A program made the position numbers and the translations under genes. 64,000 bases of DNA from a virus, in the IMG/VR virus record IMGVR_UViG_3300020156_000025, positions 1-64,000 of that record, one strand, 5' to 3'. The notes below the pieces were generated by a model. That model had not been told where the DNA came from, searched no databases, and was given only the letters and a program-made list of their open reading frames with translations. The number at the start of each line of letters is the position of its first letter. Position 1 is the stretch's first letter. Positions 48,689-58,361 of the stretch are shown in pieces.

Positions 48689-51580
48689 ATGAAAAGAAGA
48701 GCAAGCAAGCACATCAATAGCGTGGGTAATCTGGACGATCCGGACGTGGTGTTCGTGTGCGATTCGCCGTGGCAACAGGTGTGGGACGAAGGGGGGGTGA
48801 TGACCGGACCGCAAATGGACATCGTGCGGGAGGCGTGCGCGGGGGCCGGGTTGAAGGGGAACCGCTGCGCGTTCATCACCTGTTCCCCGCCGATTCCGCC
48901 GGAGGCGGCGGCGACGGACGCGAGGACGAGGGATTTCCTCGCCTTGCACGCGGAGGAGTTCGCGGAGGAGTTGGGGCGCTTGCTGCCGACGGCGAAGCTG
49001 GTGGTGCCGTTCGGGAAAACCGCGCTGCGGATGGTGGCGGGGAAGTCGGTGGAGATTTCCAAGTGCCGGGGCACCGTGGGGAGGTTCGCGAACGCGGGGG
49101 AGGTGCCGGTGCTGCCGTTGTTCTCGCCCGCGCACGTGTTGCGCAAGCCCGAGGTGAGGGGGGTGTTCGAGTCGGACTTCGGGCAGATACGGGCGTTGCG
49201 GGAATCGGGCTGGGACGGGACGATCTTCGAGCGTTCGATCGCGGGGGCGCACTACGAGTGGGTGACGGACCTGTCGCCCTTGCTCGCGGAGAGGCCGAAG
49301 CGGCTGGCCTTGGACACCGAGACGCTGGGTTACGAGTGGCGGCACGGGAGGCGCATCCTGACGGTGCAATTGACGTGGAAGAAAGGGCACGCGTGGGTGG
49401 TGCCGTTGCAGCGGGGTTACTTCAACAATCCGGAGTTGCGGGGGGAATCGACCCGGCACCTGCCCTTGTTGTCGAAGGTGGACGTGCGGAGACTGGAAGG
49501 GCAGTTGCGGGAGCTGCTGGGGGACCCCCGGACCAAGGTGGTGGGGCACAACCTGAAATACGACCTCCACCACCTGCGCAACCACGGGATCGAGGTGGCG
49601 AACTGGTATGCGGACACGATGCAGTTGGCGTTCCTCGCGGACGAGAACATGCTGTCGAAGTCGTTGGACGATTGCGCCCGGCGCTGGGTGCCGGAGCTGG
49701 GGGGGTATGCGGACGCGTTCAACACCGATCCGGTGCATCAAGGGAAGAGCAGGATGGATCTGGTGCCGCACGACAAGATGATCCGTTACGGGGGCGGGGA
49801 CACGGATGCGTGCTTCCGCCTGTGCGAACGGTTGGTGGAGCTGGGGATGCAGGACGAGCGGCAATGGACCACGTTCCGGCGGGTTCAGATGCCGGGGTTG
49901 AGGACTTTTTTCGAGATGGAACGGAAGGGCATCCGGATCGACCGCGACGCGCTGCGCGAACTCGGGACGGTGCTGGCGAGGCAGGAGCAGGAGATGTATC
50001 AGTCGCTGATGCGGCAGGCCGCGGCCAAGGCTCCCGCCGTGCTGCGCAGGCACGAGGCGGCGGGGTTGTCGTTCACTCGGTCGGCGTTCACGGCGGACCT
50101 GTTGTTCTCGACCGACGGGTTCAAGTTGAAGCCGATCGTGTTCACGGACGGGACCAAGAACCTGCCGGACGAGGAGAAGATACCGAGCACGAGCACGAAA
50201 ACGCACCTGCCCTTTTTCGACCATATCCCGTTCGTGGCGGAGTTGATCGAATACCAGCAGGTGCAGAAGATGCGCAGCACCTACGTGGGATTGCCGGGAG
50301 GGGAGGAATCCGTGCTGCTCAAGCGGACGGCGAAAGGGAAGGTCAACGCGGCGGTGGTGCGGTTGTTCCGGGAGGCGGGAAGGGAGGATGAACTGCCCCC
50401 GGCCAAGACCGTGCCGGTGCGGTCGCGCAACCGGATGATGAAGATAGAGCCGGTGAAGGCGGAGGTGGTGGCCTCGGTGACATCGCCGAAGGGGGGGTTC
50501 CGGATCGACGTGGACACGGCGGGGGATTGCTGGAAGGTCGGGCAACGCGAACCGACCGGGTTCTGGCAGTATCTCGGGGAGGGTCTGGAGGGGGACATCA
50601 TCCATCCTTCGTTCCGTCTGGACAATACGGTGACGGGCCGCTCGTCGTCGCAGAATCCGAACGCGCAGAATTTCCCGAAGCGGGGGAAGCTGGCGAAGGC
50701 ATACCGGAAAATCTTCAAGCCCCGGCCCGGGTTCGTGTTCATCGAGTGCGACCTTTCGCAGGCTGAACTCCGGATCGCGGCGTGGATGGCGAACGATCCG
50801 GTGATGCTCCGCATTTACCGCGAGGGCGGGGACATCCATACGATGATCGCGGCCCGGTCGATGGGACTCACGGACGGGGCGTTCGCGGAACTTCCCGCGG
50901 AGGAACGCAAGGCGGCGCGGCAGAAGGCGAAGGCGGTGAACTTCGGGTTCCTCTACGGGATGTGGTGGAAGAAATTCAAGAATTACGCCAAGACGCAATA
51001 CGGGGTGTCGCTGACGGACCGGGAGTCGGAGAAGATGCGGGAAATGTTCTTCCGCACGTTCCCGGCGCTGGAGGGGTGGCACACGGACATGAAGGCGTTC
51101 GTGAACCGGCACGGGTTCGTGCGTTCGTTGCACGGGGCGTTGCGGCGGTTGCCGGACATCAACTCCAACGACAAGGGGGTGCAGCAGGAGGCGGAGCGGC
51201 AGTCGGTGAACTCGCCCGTGCAACGCTTCGCGTCGGACGTGGGGATCATGGCGATGGCCAGGTTCGGGAGGGATTGCCCGTGGGACGACATGTTCCCGGT
51301 GGCGTTCATCCATGACGCGCTCGTGGTGGAGGCGAGGGAGGAACGCGCGGAGGAGTGCGCGGCGGCAATGAAATATTGCATGGAGACGGTGCCGTTGGAG
51401 GCGTGGTTCGGAATCGTGCCGCCCTTGCCTATCGTGGCGGACGTGAGTATCGGAACCTCGCTGGGGGAGATGGAGGAGAGGCCGGACATCGTGGCCGCGA
51501 TGCCCGCGTGGTTCCGTCCGGAACTCGACCTTGCGCCCCCGGCGGGGAGTGTTTTGCAAACCGTGCAAAATCGCGGGTGA
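48689..51580 (+). CDS. polA: family A DNA polymerase with N-terminal UDG-like domain and 3'-5' exonuclease
   Basis: Exonuclease motifs DTET, HNLKYD, YGGGD; polymerase motifs TGRSSS..PN.QN, DLSQAELR, RQKAKAVNFGFLYG, IHDAL. Confidence 0.95.
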   Translation: MKRRASKHINSVGNLDDPDVVFVCDSPWQQVWDEGGVMTGPQMDIVREACAGAGLKGNRCAFITCSPPIPPEAAATDARTRDFLALHAEEFAEELGRLLPTAKLVVPFGKTALRMVAGKSVEISKCRGTVGRFANAGEVPVLPLFSPAHVLRKPEVRGVFESDFGQIRALRESGWDGTIFERSIAGAHYEWVTDLSPLLAERPKRLALDTETLGYEWRHGRRILTVQLTWKKGHAWVVPLQRGYFNNPELRGESTRHLPLLSKVDVRRLEGQLRELLGDPRTKVVGHNLKYDLHHLRNHGIEVANWYADTMQLAFLADENMLSKSLDDCARRWVPELGGYADAFNTDPVHQGKSRMDLVPHDKMIRYGGGDTDACFRLCERLVELGMQDERQWTTFRRVQMPGLRTFFEMERKGIRIDRDALRELGTVLARQEQEMYQSLMRQAAAKAPAVLRRHEAAGLSFTRSAFTADLLFSTDGFKLKPIVFTDGTKNLPDEEKIPSTSTKTHLPFFDHIPFVAELIEYQQVQKMRSTYVGLPGGEESVLLKRTAKGKVNAAVVRLFREAGREDELPPAKTVPVRSRNRMMKIEPVKAEVVASVTSPKGGFRIDVDTAGDCWKVGQREPTGFWQYLGEGLEGDIIHPSFRLDNTVTGRSSSQNPNAQNFPKRGKLAKAYRKIFKPRPGFVFIECDLSQAELRIAAWMANDPVMLRIYREGGDIHTMIAARSMGLTDGAFAELPAEERKAARQKAKAVNFGFLYGMWWKKFKNYAKTQYGVSLTDRESEKMREMFFRTFPALEGWHTDMKAFVNRHGFVRSLHGALRRLPDINSNDKGVQQEAERQSVNSPVQRFASDVGIMAMARFGRDCPWDDMFPVAFIHDALVVEAREERAEECAAAMKYCMETVPLEAWFGIVPPLPIVADVSIGTSLGEMEERPDIVAAMPAWFRPELDLAPPAGSVLQTVQNRG

Positions 51581-51589
51581 CGCAAAATC

Positions 51590-51618
51590 TTGCTAAACGA
51601 AATCCGGTATGCTACGCT
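51590..51618 (+). promoter_or_regulatory. early promoter repeat
   Basis: TTGCTA-17 nt (AACGAAATCCGGTATGC)-TACGCT. Confidence 0.7.
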
Positions 51619-51653
51619 GCCCTCGTCCTTTGCAGGAAACCAAATAACCGATC

Positions 51654-52079
51654 ATGAGTGCTCAACCTGTCCGCAAACGCCGTGTCCAAGTCGAAGCTCC
51701 CGCCGTGCCGCAGGAAATCCGGGACAAGGCGGTGAAATTCTACACGGAAAACCTCGCCGCGAACGCCGCCCTTGCCTTGGCCGCGAAGAGTCGCAAGGAG
51801 CTGCTGGCCGCGATGAACGCCGCCGGGCTTTCGAGCGCGCAGATCGAGGGACTGGTGAACAACAAGCTCCAGACCCTCGACGTGACGGTCGCCCCGTCCG
51901 TGCGTCAGGTCGTGTCGGTGCCGGTGCTGTCCAAATTGACCAGCGTGGACGTGCTGGTGGAGGTCTGTTCCGCGTCGCAGGAGTCGGTCCGGAACGCGCT
52001 GGGGGAGGCGGTGTTGCAACAATGCCTCGTCACCGTGGAGGGGGAGGTGAATGTCTCCGTGAAGGTGCCGAAGGCGTGA
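51654..52079 (+). CDS. hypothetical protein
   Basis: ORF after the promoter; begins MSAQPVRKRR. Confidence 0.65.
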   Translation: MSAQPVRKRRVQVEAPAVPQEIRDKAVKFYTENLAANAALALAAKSRKELLAAMNAAGLSSAQIEGLVNNKLQTLDVTVAPSVRQVVSVPVLSKLTSVDVLVEVCSASQESVRNALGEAVLQQCLVTVEGEVNVSVKVPKA

Positions 52080-52133
52080 GCCTTGCCTGTTCCGACGAAA
52101 CATTGCACCCCTTCCGTAGCCATCTATCCGCCC

Positions 52134-52826
52134 ATGCCCGTGAAACCATCGACCAAACCCTCCCGTCCCGATCCCGTTGCATCGTTCGTGTCGGACGTGA
52201 CCCGTCTGCTGCTGCCGGTGACCCCGGGGGAGGTGAGGGACCCGGCGCGGCTGGTCCGCTTCGTGCAGGACGTGATCGCGGACGCTCCCCTTGCCGGACA
52301 TCACGACCACGGAACCGGGCACTGGCACTCGGTGCTGCGGAACGGGTGCAGGCTGTGCCCGGAGACGGGAGAAGGAGAGGGGATGGACGGGGACCGTGCC
52401 AAAATCCGCGCTACGGTGGGGTTGTTCGCGCTGTTCCATGACTGCCGCCGCACGCACCCTTACGCCGATGTGTCGCACGGGGCCTTGGCGCAGGGCTACC
52501 TGCTGTCTCTCCGCAACGTGCTCCGTTCACTCGGGGTTCCGGACCGGGTGGTGCTCGCCGCGGGGTGGGCGTGCGCGTGGCATACCGTGATCGACAAGCC
52601 GCGGGAGAGTGTGTTGTTCGGGGCCGTGGACCTGCGCATCGCGGGACGGAAGATGCTGCCGGGTTGGAAGCCGTGGTGGTTCGATGCCATCGGAACCTGC
52701 CTCGACGCGGACCGGCTGGATTTGCCCCGGGTGGGGATCGCGCCGTCGCCGGAATACCTGTGGACGGACAGGGCGAAAGAAGAGGCAAGGAACAACACCG
52801 CCCTTCGCGGGGCGAAAGCGGAATGA
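52134..52826 (+). CDS. HD-domain phosphohydrolase-like protein
   Basis: HG..HW..V..NG, FALFHDCRR, HG, HT, TCLDADRLDL.RVGI.P. Confidence 0.75.
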   Translation: MPVKPSTKPSRPDPVASFVSDVTRLLLPVTPGEVRDPARLVRFVQDVIADAPLAGHHDHGTGHWHSVLRNGCRLCPETGEGEGMDGDRAKIRATVGLFALFHDCRRTHPYADVSHGALAQGYLLSLRNVLRSLGVPDRVVLAAGWACAWHTVIDKPRESVLFGAVDLRIAGRKMLPGWKPWWFDAIGTCLDADRLDLPRVGIAPSPEYLWTDRAKEEARNNTALRGAKAE

Positions 52827-53161
52827 GCTTGCAGGTCTACATGGTCAGGCCGGTGATGGCGTTCCGCTCGGAATTTCCCGTTGTCGCGCACGTGCGGAGG
52901 TGGGTGGACCCGGGGGCCGCGCTGGCGTTCGAGGCGGAATCCTTGGAGGATGCGGAGCGGATCGCGTGGAACCGGTTGCGGGGAAAATTCATACCCAAGA
53001 CCCCGGCGTTGCGGGTAGCGGGGCTGTGCGTGGTCGAAATGGAGGGGGAGGAAGCGGAGATCGCGCGCGCCGCCGTGCGCGGGGCTGCTCCGGCCCCGCC
53101 GGGGCCGGTGGAAGAGGGGAATTCAGGAACGGAGGAAACCGGAACCGGGGACGCGGAATGA
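52823..53161 (+). CDS. hypothetical protein
   Basis: ATGA-coupled on both sides. Confidence 0.55.
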   Translation: MSLQVYMVRPVMAFRSEFPVVAHVRRWVDPGAALAFEAESLEDAERIAWNRLRGKFIPKTPALRVAGLCVVEMEGEEAEIARAAVRGAAPAPPGPVEEGNSGTEETGTGDAE

Positions 53162-54165
53162 ACGAAGGAAAACTGCGCTTCATCATGGGGCAGCTCGGGG
53201 TCGAGATCTTGCACGTGAACGACAAGGGGTGGATGGTGGCGAGGTGTCCGCTGGCCCCCTATACGCATGACCGTGCGATTGACCGCACCCCGTCCTTCAA
53301 TGTCCGCGCGTCGGAAAACAAGCTCTCCGGATTCCATTGTTTCCAGTGCGGTGAGTCGGGCCGGATTTCTAAGCTAATCAACAAGCTGGGGCATTACCGG
53401 GAGGAGGATTATGCGCATTTGGCGTTGTTGGCGGAGATGGCGGAGACGCCGGAACATTTCGGGGAGTTCGAGGAGGACGAGCGGGTGGTGGAGGAGCCGG
53501 AATTGGACAAGCTGGTGTATCTGACCATGTATCCCCTGCCTTATGAGGAGAGGGAGGCGAGGGAGTATCTGGAGCGGCGCGGGATCGGGAGAGATACCGC
53601 CCGCTTGCTGGAGTTGCGGTATGACCCGGAGAAACGACGCATCCTGTTCCCGGTGTTCGATTGGCAGCACGGATTGAAGGGGTTTTCGGGGCGGACGATC
53701 ATCCCGGACGAGCGCAGGCCGAAGCATGTGCCGAAGGTGAAGGACTATGTGGGGATGAAAAAGGAGCGCGTCGTGCTGGGGGAGCACCTGATCCAGACGG
53801 AGCATCCGTTGCTGGTAGTGGAGGGGTTGTTTGCCTATGCGCACGTCGTGGAGGTGGGGGCGAGGGAGTTTTGCAACCCGGTGGCGACGCTGGGGTCGGC
53901 AATGTCTCGGACGCAACGGAATTTGATCGTAGCGTGGGACAGGCCGGTCATCATGTTATACGACGATGACGCGGCGGGGGACAAGGGGTTGTTCGGGAAT
54001 CTGGATCGCGCGGCGGGGAAGCATGAGGGGGGAGGAGCGATTGACTTGTTGAAGATGCATGTGCCGGTGGGGGTGGGAATGTTCCCGAAGCGGACCGGGG
54101 ACCCGGACGATCTCACGACCGGGGAATTGCGACGCATCGTGACGCGGGGGACCGAATGGAAATAG
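53158..54165 (+). CDS. DNA primase (Zn finger + TOPRIM)
   Basis: CP....H...PSF...CFQCG; YLERRGI; RILFP...GFSGR; VVEG; YDDDAAG; DPDD. Confidence 0.88.
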   Translation: MNEGKLRFIMGQLGVEILHVNDKGWMVARCPLAPYTHDRAIDRTPSFNVRASENKLSGFHCFQCGESGRISKLINKLGHYREEDYAHLALLAEMAETPEHFGEFEEDERVVEEPELDKLVYLTMYPLPYEEREAREYLERRGIGRDTARLLELRYDPEKRRILFPVFDWQHGLKGFSGRTIIPDERRPKHVPKVKDYVGMKKERVVLGEHLIQTEHPLLVVEGLFAYAHVVEVGAREFCNPVATLGSAMSRTQRNLIVAWDRPVIMLYDDDAAGDKGLFGNLDRAAGKHEGGGAIDLLKMHVPVGVGMFPKRTGDPDDLTTGELRRIVTRGTEWK

Positions 54166-54184
54166 ACGGGGAAGCAAGGAAAAC

Positions 54185-54213
54185 TTGCGTAACAAAACCC
54201 GATCTACTACGTT
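54185..54213 (+). promoter_or_regulatory. variant of the early promoter repeat
   Basis: TTGCGT-17 nt (AACAAAACCCGATCTAC)-TACGTT. Confidence 0.55.
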
Positions 54214-54221
54214 CGCCCTAC

Positions 54222-54605
54222 ATGTCCGACGAACACCCAACCGAAGCCGTCCGCGCCATGATCCGGGGCGTTTTCGGAAGCTGCGAAGACTTCGAAGACC
54301 GTCCTTGCGCGGTGGCGGTGGTGGAGTTGCCCGGGGGTGCGGTGATGGTGGCGATGGAGGACAACGGGTGCGTGGTGGTGCCCGATTTGCGGGAGTTGTC
54401 GGTGCTGCGGCTGGTCGCGGCTGGATTCGACTACTTCACCGCGGAGAGACTTTCGGTGTGGCTGGCCGGGACAACTTTGCAAACCGTGCAAAGCTCCGGA
54501 CCGGAGACACCGTTGATGGAAAGCAGCGAGGCTGCATCGAACCGCCCCGGAGGGGCATTGAAAGAAGAAACAAACCAAACGACACAGGACAATGGCCAAG
54601 AATAA
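54222..54605 (+). CDS. hypothetical protein
   Basis: ORF 8 nt after the promoter -10. Confidence 0.55.
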   Translation: MSDEHPTEAVRAMIRGVFGSCEDFEDRPCAVAVVELPGGAVMVAMEDNGCVVVPDLRELSVLRLVAAGFDYFTAERLSVWLAGTTLQTVQSSGPETPLMESSEAASNRPGGALKEETNQTTQDNGQE

Positions 54606-55764
54606 CAGGGACGACGAAGAGTGGGGGCAGACCGGACAAGCCGCCCTTGAACGCATGAACCGTGCCGACGAGGAACATGCCAAGCGGAAGGCCCGCGGTT
54701 TCATGCCGCTGCGCTTCTGGTTGAGCAACACGCCGGAGGCGATCAAGAAGGGGGACAACGAGTGCGAGCTGGTGATCCTCGACGATTGCGTGGTCTCGGA
54801 CAAGCCGGGGAAGGGAGCCATCCTGATCCGGGAGCACAACCTGCAAGGGCCGGACGGGAAGTGGGGGAATCACGAATCGTGCGCCGCCGATTTCGACGAT
54901 TGCCCGATTTGCGCCAAGACGGGCAAGGAGGGATATCACATCCTGTTCCTGACCGTGCTGGTGTTGAAGCCGTGGGAATCGAAGGACAAGAAGAGATCGT
55001 CGGAGTATTCCAAGATGCTGCTGCCGATTTTCCTCAGCCAACGGGACACGTTCCTCGACCTCCAGAAACATGCGCTCAAGAGCAGGGGCACGATGCGGGG
55101 CATGAAAATCCGCTTGCGCCGCGGGAAGGACTCCAAGCGGTCGATCGGGGAACCGGTGCTTATGGAGGACGGGAACATGTTCAAGGTCATGTCGGAGAAG
55201 TGGCTGGAGAAATGGTTCGGCCACGAGGCGGTGATTTCCCGCGACGGCAAGACCGTGCTCAAGGAGGCGAACGAGGACATCCAGCCGTTCGACTACAAGA
55301 AATTGTTCCCGAAGCCCGACGTGGAGGAGTTGCGCGAGCGATTCGGGGGCAAGACCCGGGCAGGCTCGAAGCGTGAGTTCGAGGAGGAGTTCCCGGACCA
55401 GCAGACGAACCGCGTGGGTGGTCGCCGCCGTTTCGACGATGACGACGATGACCCGGAGGACGACATTCCGGGGAACGCCGGGGCTGCGGCCAAGAAGCAG
55501 GGCGCGAAGGGGCGCTTTGCGGACGACGAGGACGAGCCCGAGGAAACGCCTGCCGCCGGGAGGGCCGGTAAGGCGGACGCGGACGAGGGGGACGATGATC
55601 CGCCCGTGCGCTCGCGCCGCCCGTCAACGGCGAGGGAGGAAACCGGGGATGCGCCGGTCCGTTCCCGCCGGACGGGGGGCACAGCCGCTGCATCCGCTGC
55701 GAAAGAACCGATCGGGGACGATGATCCGGACGACCCGGACGCCGACGATGGCTGGAACGACTGA
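54592..55764 (+). CDS. putative single-stranded DNA-binding protein (gp32-like)
   Basis: RFWL...EH...C......CPIC Zn site; very acidic disordered C-terminus ending DDGWND; replication context. Confidence 0.65.
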   Translation: MAKNNRDDEEWGQTGQAALERMNRADEEHAKRKARGFMPLRFWLSNTPEAIKKGDNECELVILDDCVVSDKPGKGAILIREHNLQGPDGKWGNHESCAADFDDCPICAKTGKEGYHILFLTVLVLKPWESKDKKRSSEYSKMLLPIFLSQRDTFLDLQKHALKSRGTMRGMKIRLRRGKDSKRSIGEPVLMEDGNMFKVMSEKWLEKWFGHEAVISRDGKTVLKEANEDIQPFDYKKLFPKPDVEELRERFGGKTRAGSKREFEEEFPDQQTNRVGGRRRFDDDDDDPEDDIPGNAGAAAKKQGAKGRFADDEDEPEETPAAGRAGKADADEGDDDPPVRSRRPSTAREETGDAPVRSRRTGGTAAASAAKEPIGDDDPDDPDADDGWND

Positions 55765-55805
55765 TCCGCCCTTGACCGCTTGAACCGACCACGGGGGAAC
55801 GCACG

Positions 55806-57299
55806 ATGAAACGAGTGAACTGCAAGGCAACGAACGCCACGTCCGGAACCACGCCCGGAACCGCACGGGTGGGGGCGATGGTGGGGTTGCCGCTGGAATG
55901 GTTTTCCCGCGAGGAAGCCATCCGGCTGAGGAAGTCGTTGACGTGCACCCCCGTGGTTTCGTCGGTGGCGCTGTCGTATGGACCGCCGCCTGAACCGATC
56001 GAACAATACCGGGTGGACCGGGATGCCGGGGTGGTTCACGTGCCGCTGTGCACGGGGTTGAGGTGGCTGCGGGAGAACCGGAAGCCGTGGGTGGACGAGC
56101 GGGTAAAGGGGGAGGACCTGACCTATCCGCGCGGACCCCGGGCGAGGGACGAGGGGCAACAGGAATTCTTCAATGCGCTGCTTGCGGGAATGCTGTTGCA
56201 GTGGACGCCGGAGGGGGAGGGAGGGGTGTTCGCGCAGGCTCCGACGGGGAGCGGCAAGACCGTGGCGCTGCTGTGGTGCATTGCACGGGTGGGGAAACCC
56301 GCGCTGGTAATCGTGCCGTCCGTCGAACTCGCCCTTCAATGGAAGCAGGAGGCGATGGACAAGCTCGGGTTGGAGGACGCGCAGGTGGGGATCGTGGGAG
56401 GTGGGTCGAAGACGGGATGGAAGGGGAAGCATCTCGTGGTGGCGGTGATCAACTCGGCGGTGAAACAGGGGGAGGAGTTTTGCAAATCGTTCGGGATCGT
56501 GGGATGGGACGAGGGGCACAGGGTCCCCGCCAACACGTTCTCGCGCTCCTTGACCATGTTCCCGGCGGCAATCCGGGTGGTGTTGTCCGCGACGCCGGAG
56601 CGCAAGGACGGGATGCACGTGATGATCCATAACGCGGTGGGGGAGGTGTCGGTGGCTTCCAAGGTGAGGGTGATGCCGCTGGTTTACATGGAGACGAATT
56701 ACCGGGATACCCGTGCGGTGAAGTGGGGGGATCTCCAACTGTCCCGGATTCTCACGCTGATTTCCAAGGACGAGGTGCGGAACGGATGGATCGGGAGGAA
56801 AGCCGCGGAGCTGGTGCTGCGCGAGGGGCGTTGCGTGCTGGTGCTGTCGGACCGGATCGAACAACTCTACCGGATCGAACAACACGCCTTGCGCGCGGGG
56901 GTGCCCGCGGAGGCGATCGGGACTTTCGCCGGGCAGCAGGTGACGGGCATTTCCAAGCAACGCGGGCGCAAGGTGGTGGAAGGGGGGGAGGTATCGCGGG
57001 AGGCCCGGAAGAGGATCAAAACCGACGAAGGGGTGCGGTTGATATTGGCGACGTTCGGGAGCATGAAGGAGGGGGTGGATATTCCGCGCATAGATGCCGG
57101 GATCGAGGCGATGCCGAAATCCACCGCGGTGCAGGCTTGCGGACGCGCCCGCCGATACATGGAAGGGAAGAGGACTCCCGTGTGGTATTCGATTGTGGAT
57201 ACGGGGGTGCCGATGCTAAAAGGATTCGCTTCGGCCCGGAGGAAAGAACTGACCCGGGCGAAGAATGTCACTTTCAAACTCATACCGGACATCGAATGA
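55806..57299 (+). CDS. superfamily II DNA helicase
   Basis: APTGSGKT, DEGH, LSATPER.DG, EGVDIP, QACGRARR. Confidence 0.9.
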   Translation: MKRVNCKATNATSGTTPGTARVGAMVGLPLEWFSREEAIRLRKSLTCTPVVSSVALSYGPPPEPIEQYRVDRDAGVVHVPLCTGLRWLRENRKPWVDERVKGEDLTYPRGPRARDEGQQEFFNALLAGMLLQWTPEGEGGVFAQAPTGSGKTVALLWCIARVGKPALVIVPSVELALQWKQEAMDKLGLEDAQVGIVGGGSKTGWKGKHLVVAVINSAVKQGEEFCKSFGIVGWDEGHRVPANTFSRSLTMFPAAIRVVLSATPERKDGMHVMIHNAVGEVSVASKVRVMPLVYMETNYRDTRAVKWGDLQLSRILTLISKDEVRNGWIGRKAAELVLREGRCVLVLSDRIEQLYRIEQHALRAGVPAEAIGTFAGQQVTGISKQRGRKVVEGGEVSREARKRIKTDEGVRLILATFGSMKEGVDIPRIDAGIEAMPKSTAVQACGRARRYMEGKRTPVWYSIVDTGVPMLKGFASARRKELTRAKNVTFKLIPDIE

Positions 57300-57856
57300 G
57301 ATCTAAACTGGAGCAAGCCGCGAGTCGGATCAAAACGGAACAAGCCAAGGTGCCGTATCATCTCGGTCCGGCGTATAAGTCGGCGCGCCGCGCGCGCTAT
57401 CAGGAGGACGAGGAATATCGCCAGAGGTGCATCGAGACCGCGACGGAACACCGCCGGAAGGTGATGCGGGAGTCGCCGTCGGCGAGGGAATACCGCGATA
57501 CCGTGACCGGGAACCTGTCCCGCATGGAAGACTTCGGGACGTGGCACGCGATCCGCGTTCAGGTGGGCCGGAAGCCGTCGCATACCAGCGGGGTGACGTT
57601 CAGCACGAACCAGATCGCGCGCCTGATCGCAAGACGACCGGAGGCGGTGGCCGGGTGGCAGGACAGGGGGCTGTTCCCCGAGCCCAGGCACGCCGTGCTG
57701 GACGAGAACGGGAAGGAGACCGGGCGACGGGTCTATACCGCGGAGGAGGCAAGGAAACTCGCCCTTGCCGCCAAGAAGTGGTTCTACGGGAAGAGCACGC
57801 ACCTTGCGTCGCAGGGGCCGAAGGCGGTGGCGGAATTCCACGCCGCTTGCTGCTGA
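57296..57856 (+). CDS. putative MerR-like HTH DNA-binding protein
   Basis: FSTNQIARLIAR.PEAV..W...GLFPEP...GRRVYT.EE. Confidence 0.55.
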   Translation: MRSKLEQAASRIKTEQAKVPYHLGPAYKSARRARYQEDEEYRQRCIETATEHRRKVMRESPSAREYRDTVTGNLSRMEDFGTWHAIRVQVGRKPSHTSGVTFSTNQIARLIARRPEAVAGWQDRGLFPEPRHAVLDENGKETGRRVYTAEEARKLALAAKKWFYGKSTHLASQGPKAVAEFHAACC

Positions 57857-57914
57857 TCCCGACGGGAACCGCTTTGCATGCTTTGCAAAAATCAACCGAC
57901 CAAACAGACAACCG

Positions 57915-58286
57915 ATGAACGAGGATGAACCGAACCAAACCCCGGTGCGCTCGCGCCGTGCGCGTGCCGCGGGGGCAGTGAACCGGCACGAGGGTGCCGC
58001 GACCGTGGAGACGGAATTGAAAACCCCGGACGTGGAGCGCCCGTCCAAGACCCGCGCGCTCGCCCTTCCGGTCGAGGGTCTGCCGCCCGATCCGGCCTAC
58101 GTGACGATAGGCGCGGGGTTCATGGAGAATCTCGGTAACTATGAATCGCTGCGGATTTATGCCTCCGTGACCTTGCCGTGCGACAACACGCGGAGCGCCA
58201 TCGTGAAGGCGAAGGACCGGGCACTCGCCTTGGTCGAGGAGTTCGTGGAAGACGAACGCCGCGCGATGCTCCAGACGAGGAGTTGA
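57915..58286 (+). CDS. conserved phage hypothetical protein
   Basis: VTIGAGF.ENLGNYESLRI.ASVTLPC; upstream of recA. Confidence 0.65.
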   Translation: MNEDEPNQTPVRSRRARAAGAVNRHEGAATVETELKTPDVERPSKTRALALPVEGLPPDPAYVTIGAGFMENLGNYESLRIYASVTLPCDNTRSAIVKAKDRALALVEEFVEDERRAMLQTRS

Positions 58287-58361
58287 TGCTCCCCGTTTCT
58301 ACCTGCTGCCCCCCGCCCTGCCCTGTAACCCCCCGAACCACCCTATACCAGCCCAACTAAA

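Noticed and set aside
50290-50560. Intein or intron in the polymerase
   Set aside because: The frame is continuous and I found no C/S...HN-C/S/T splice motifs; treated as a simple insertion.
48488-51568. Long minus-strand ORFs (1026 aa here; also 18601-21525, 25732-28464, 2445-4634, 39954-42140)
   Set aside because: Antisense shadows of well-supported + strand genes in GC-rich DNA; Arg/Pro/His-rich with no motifs.
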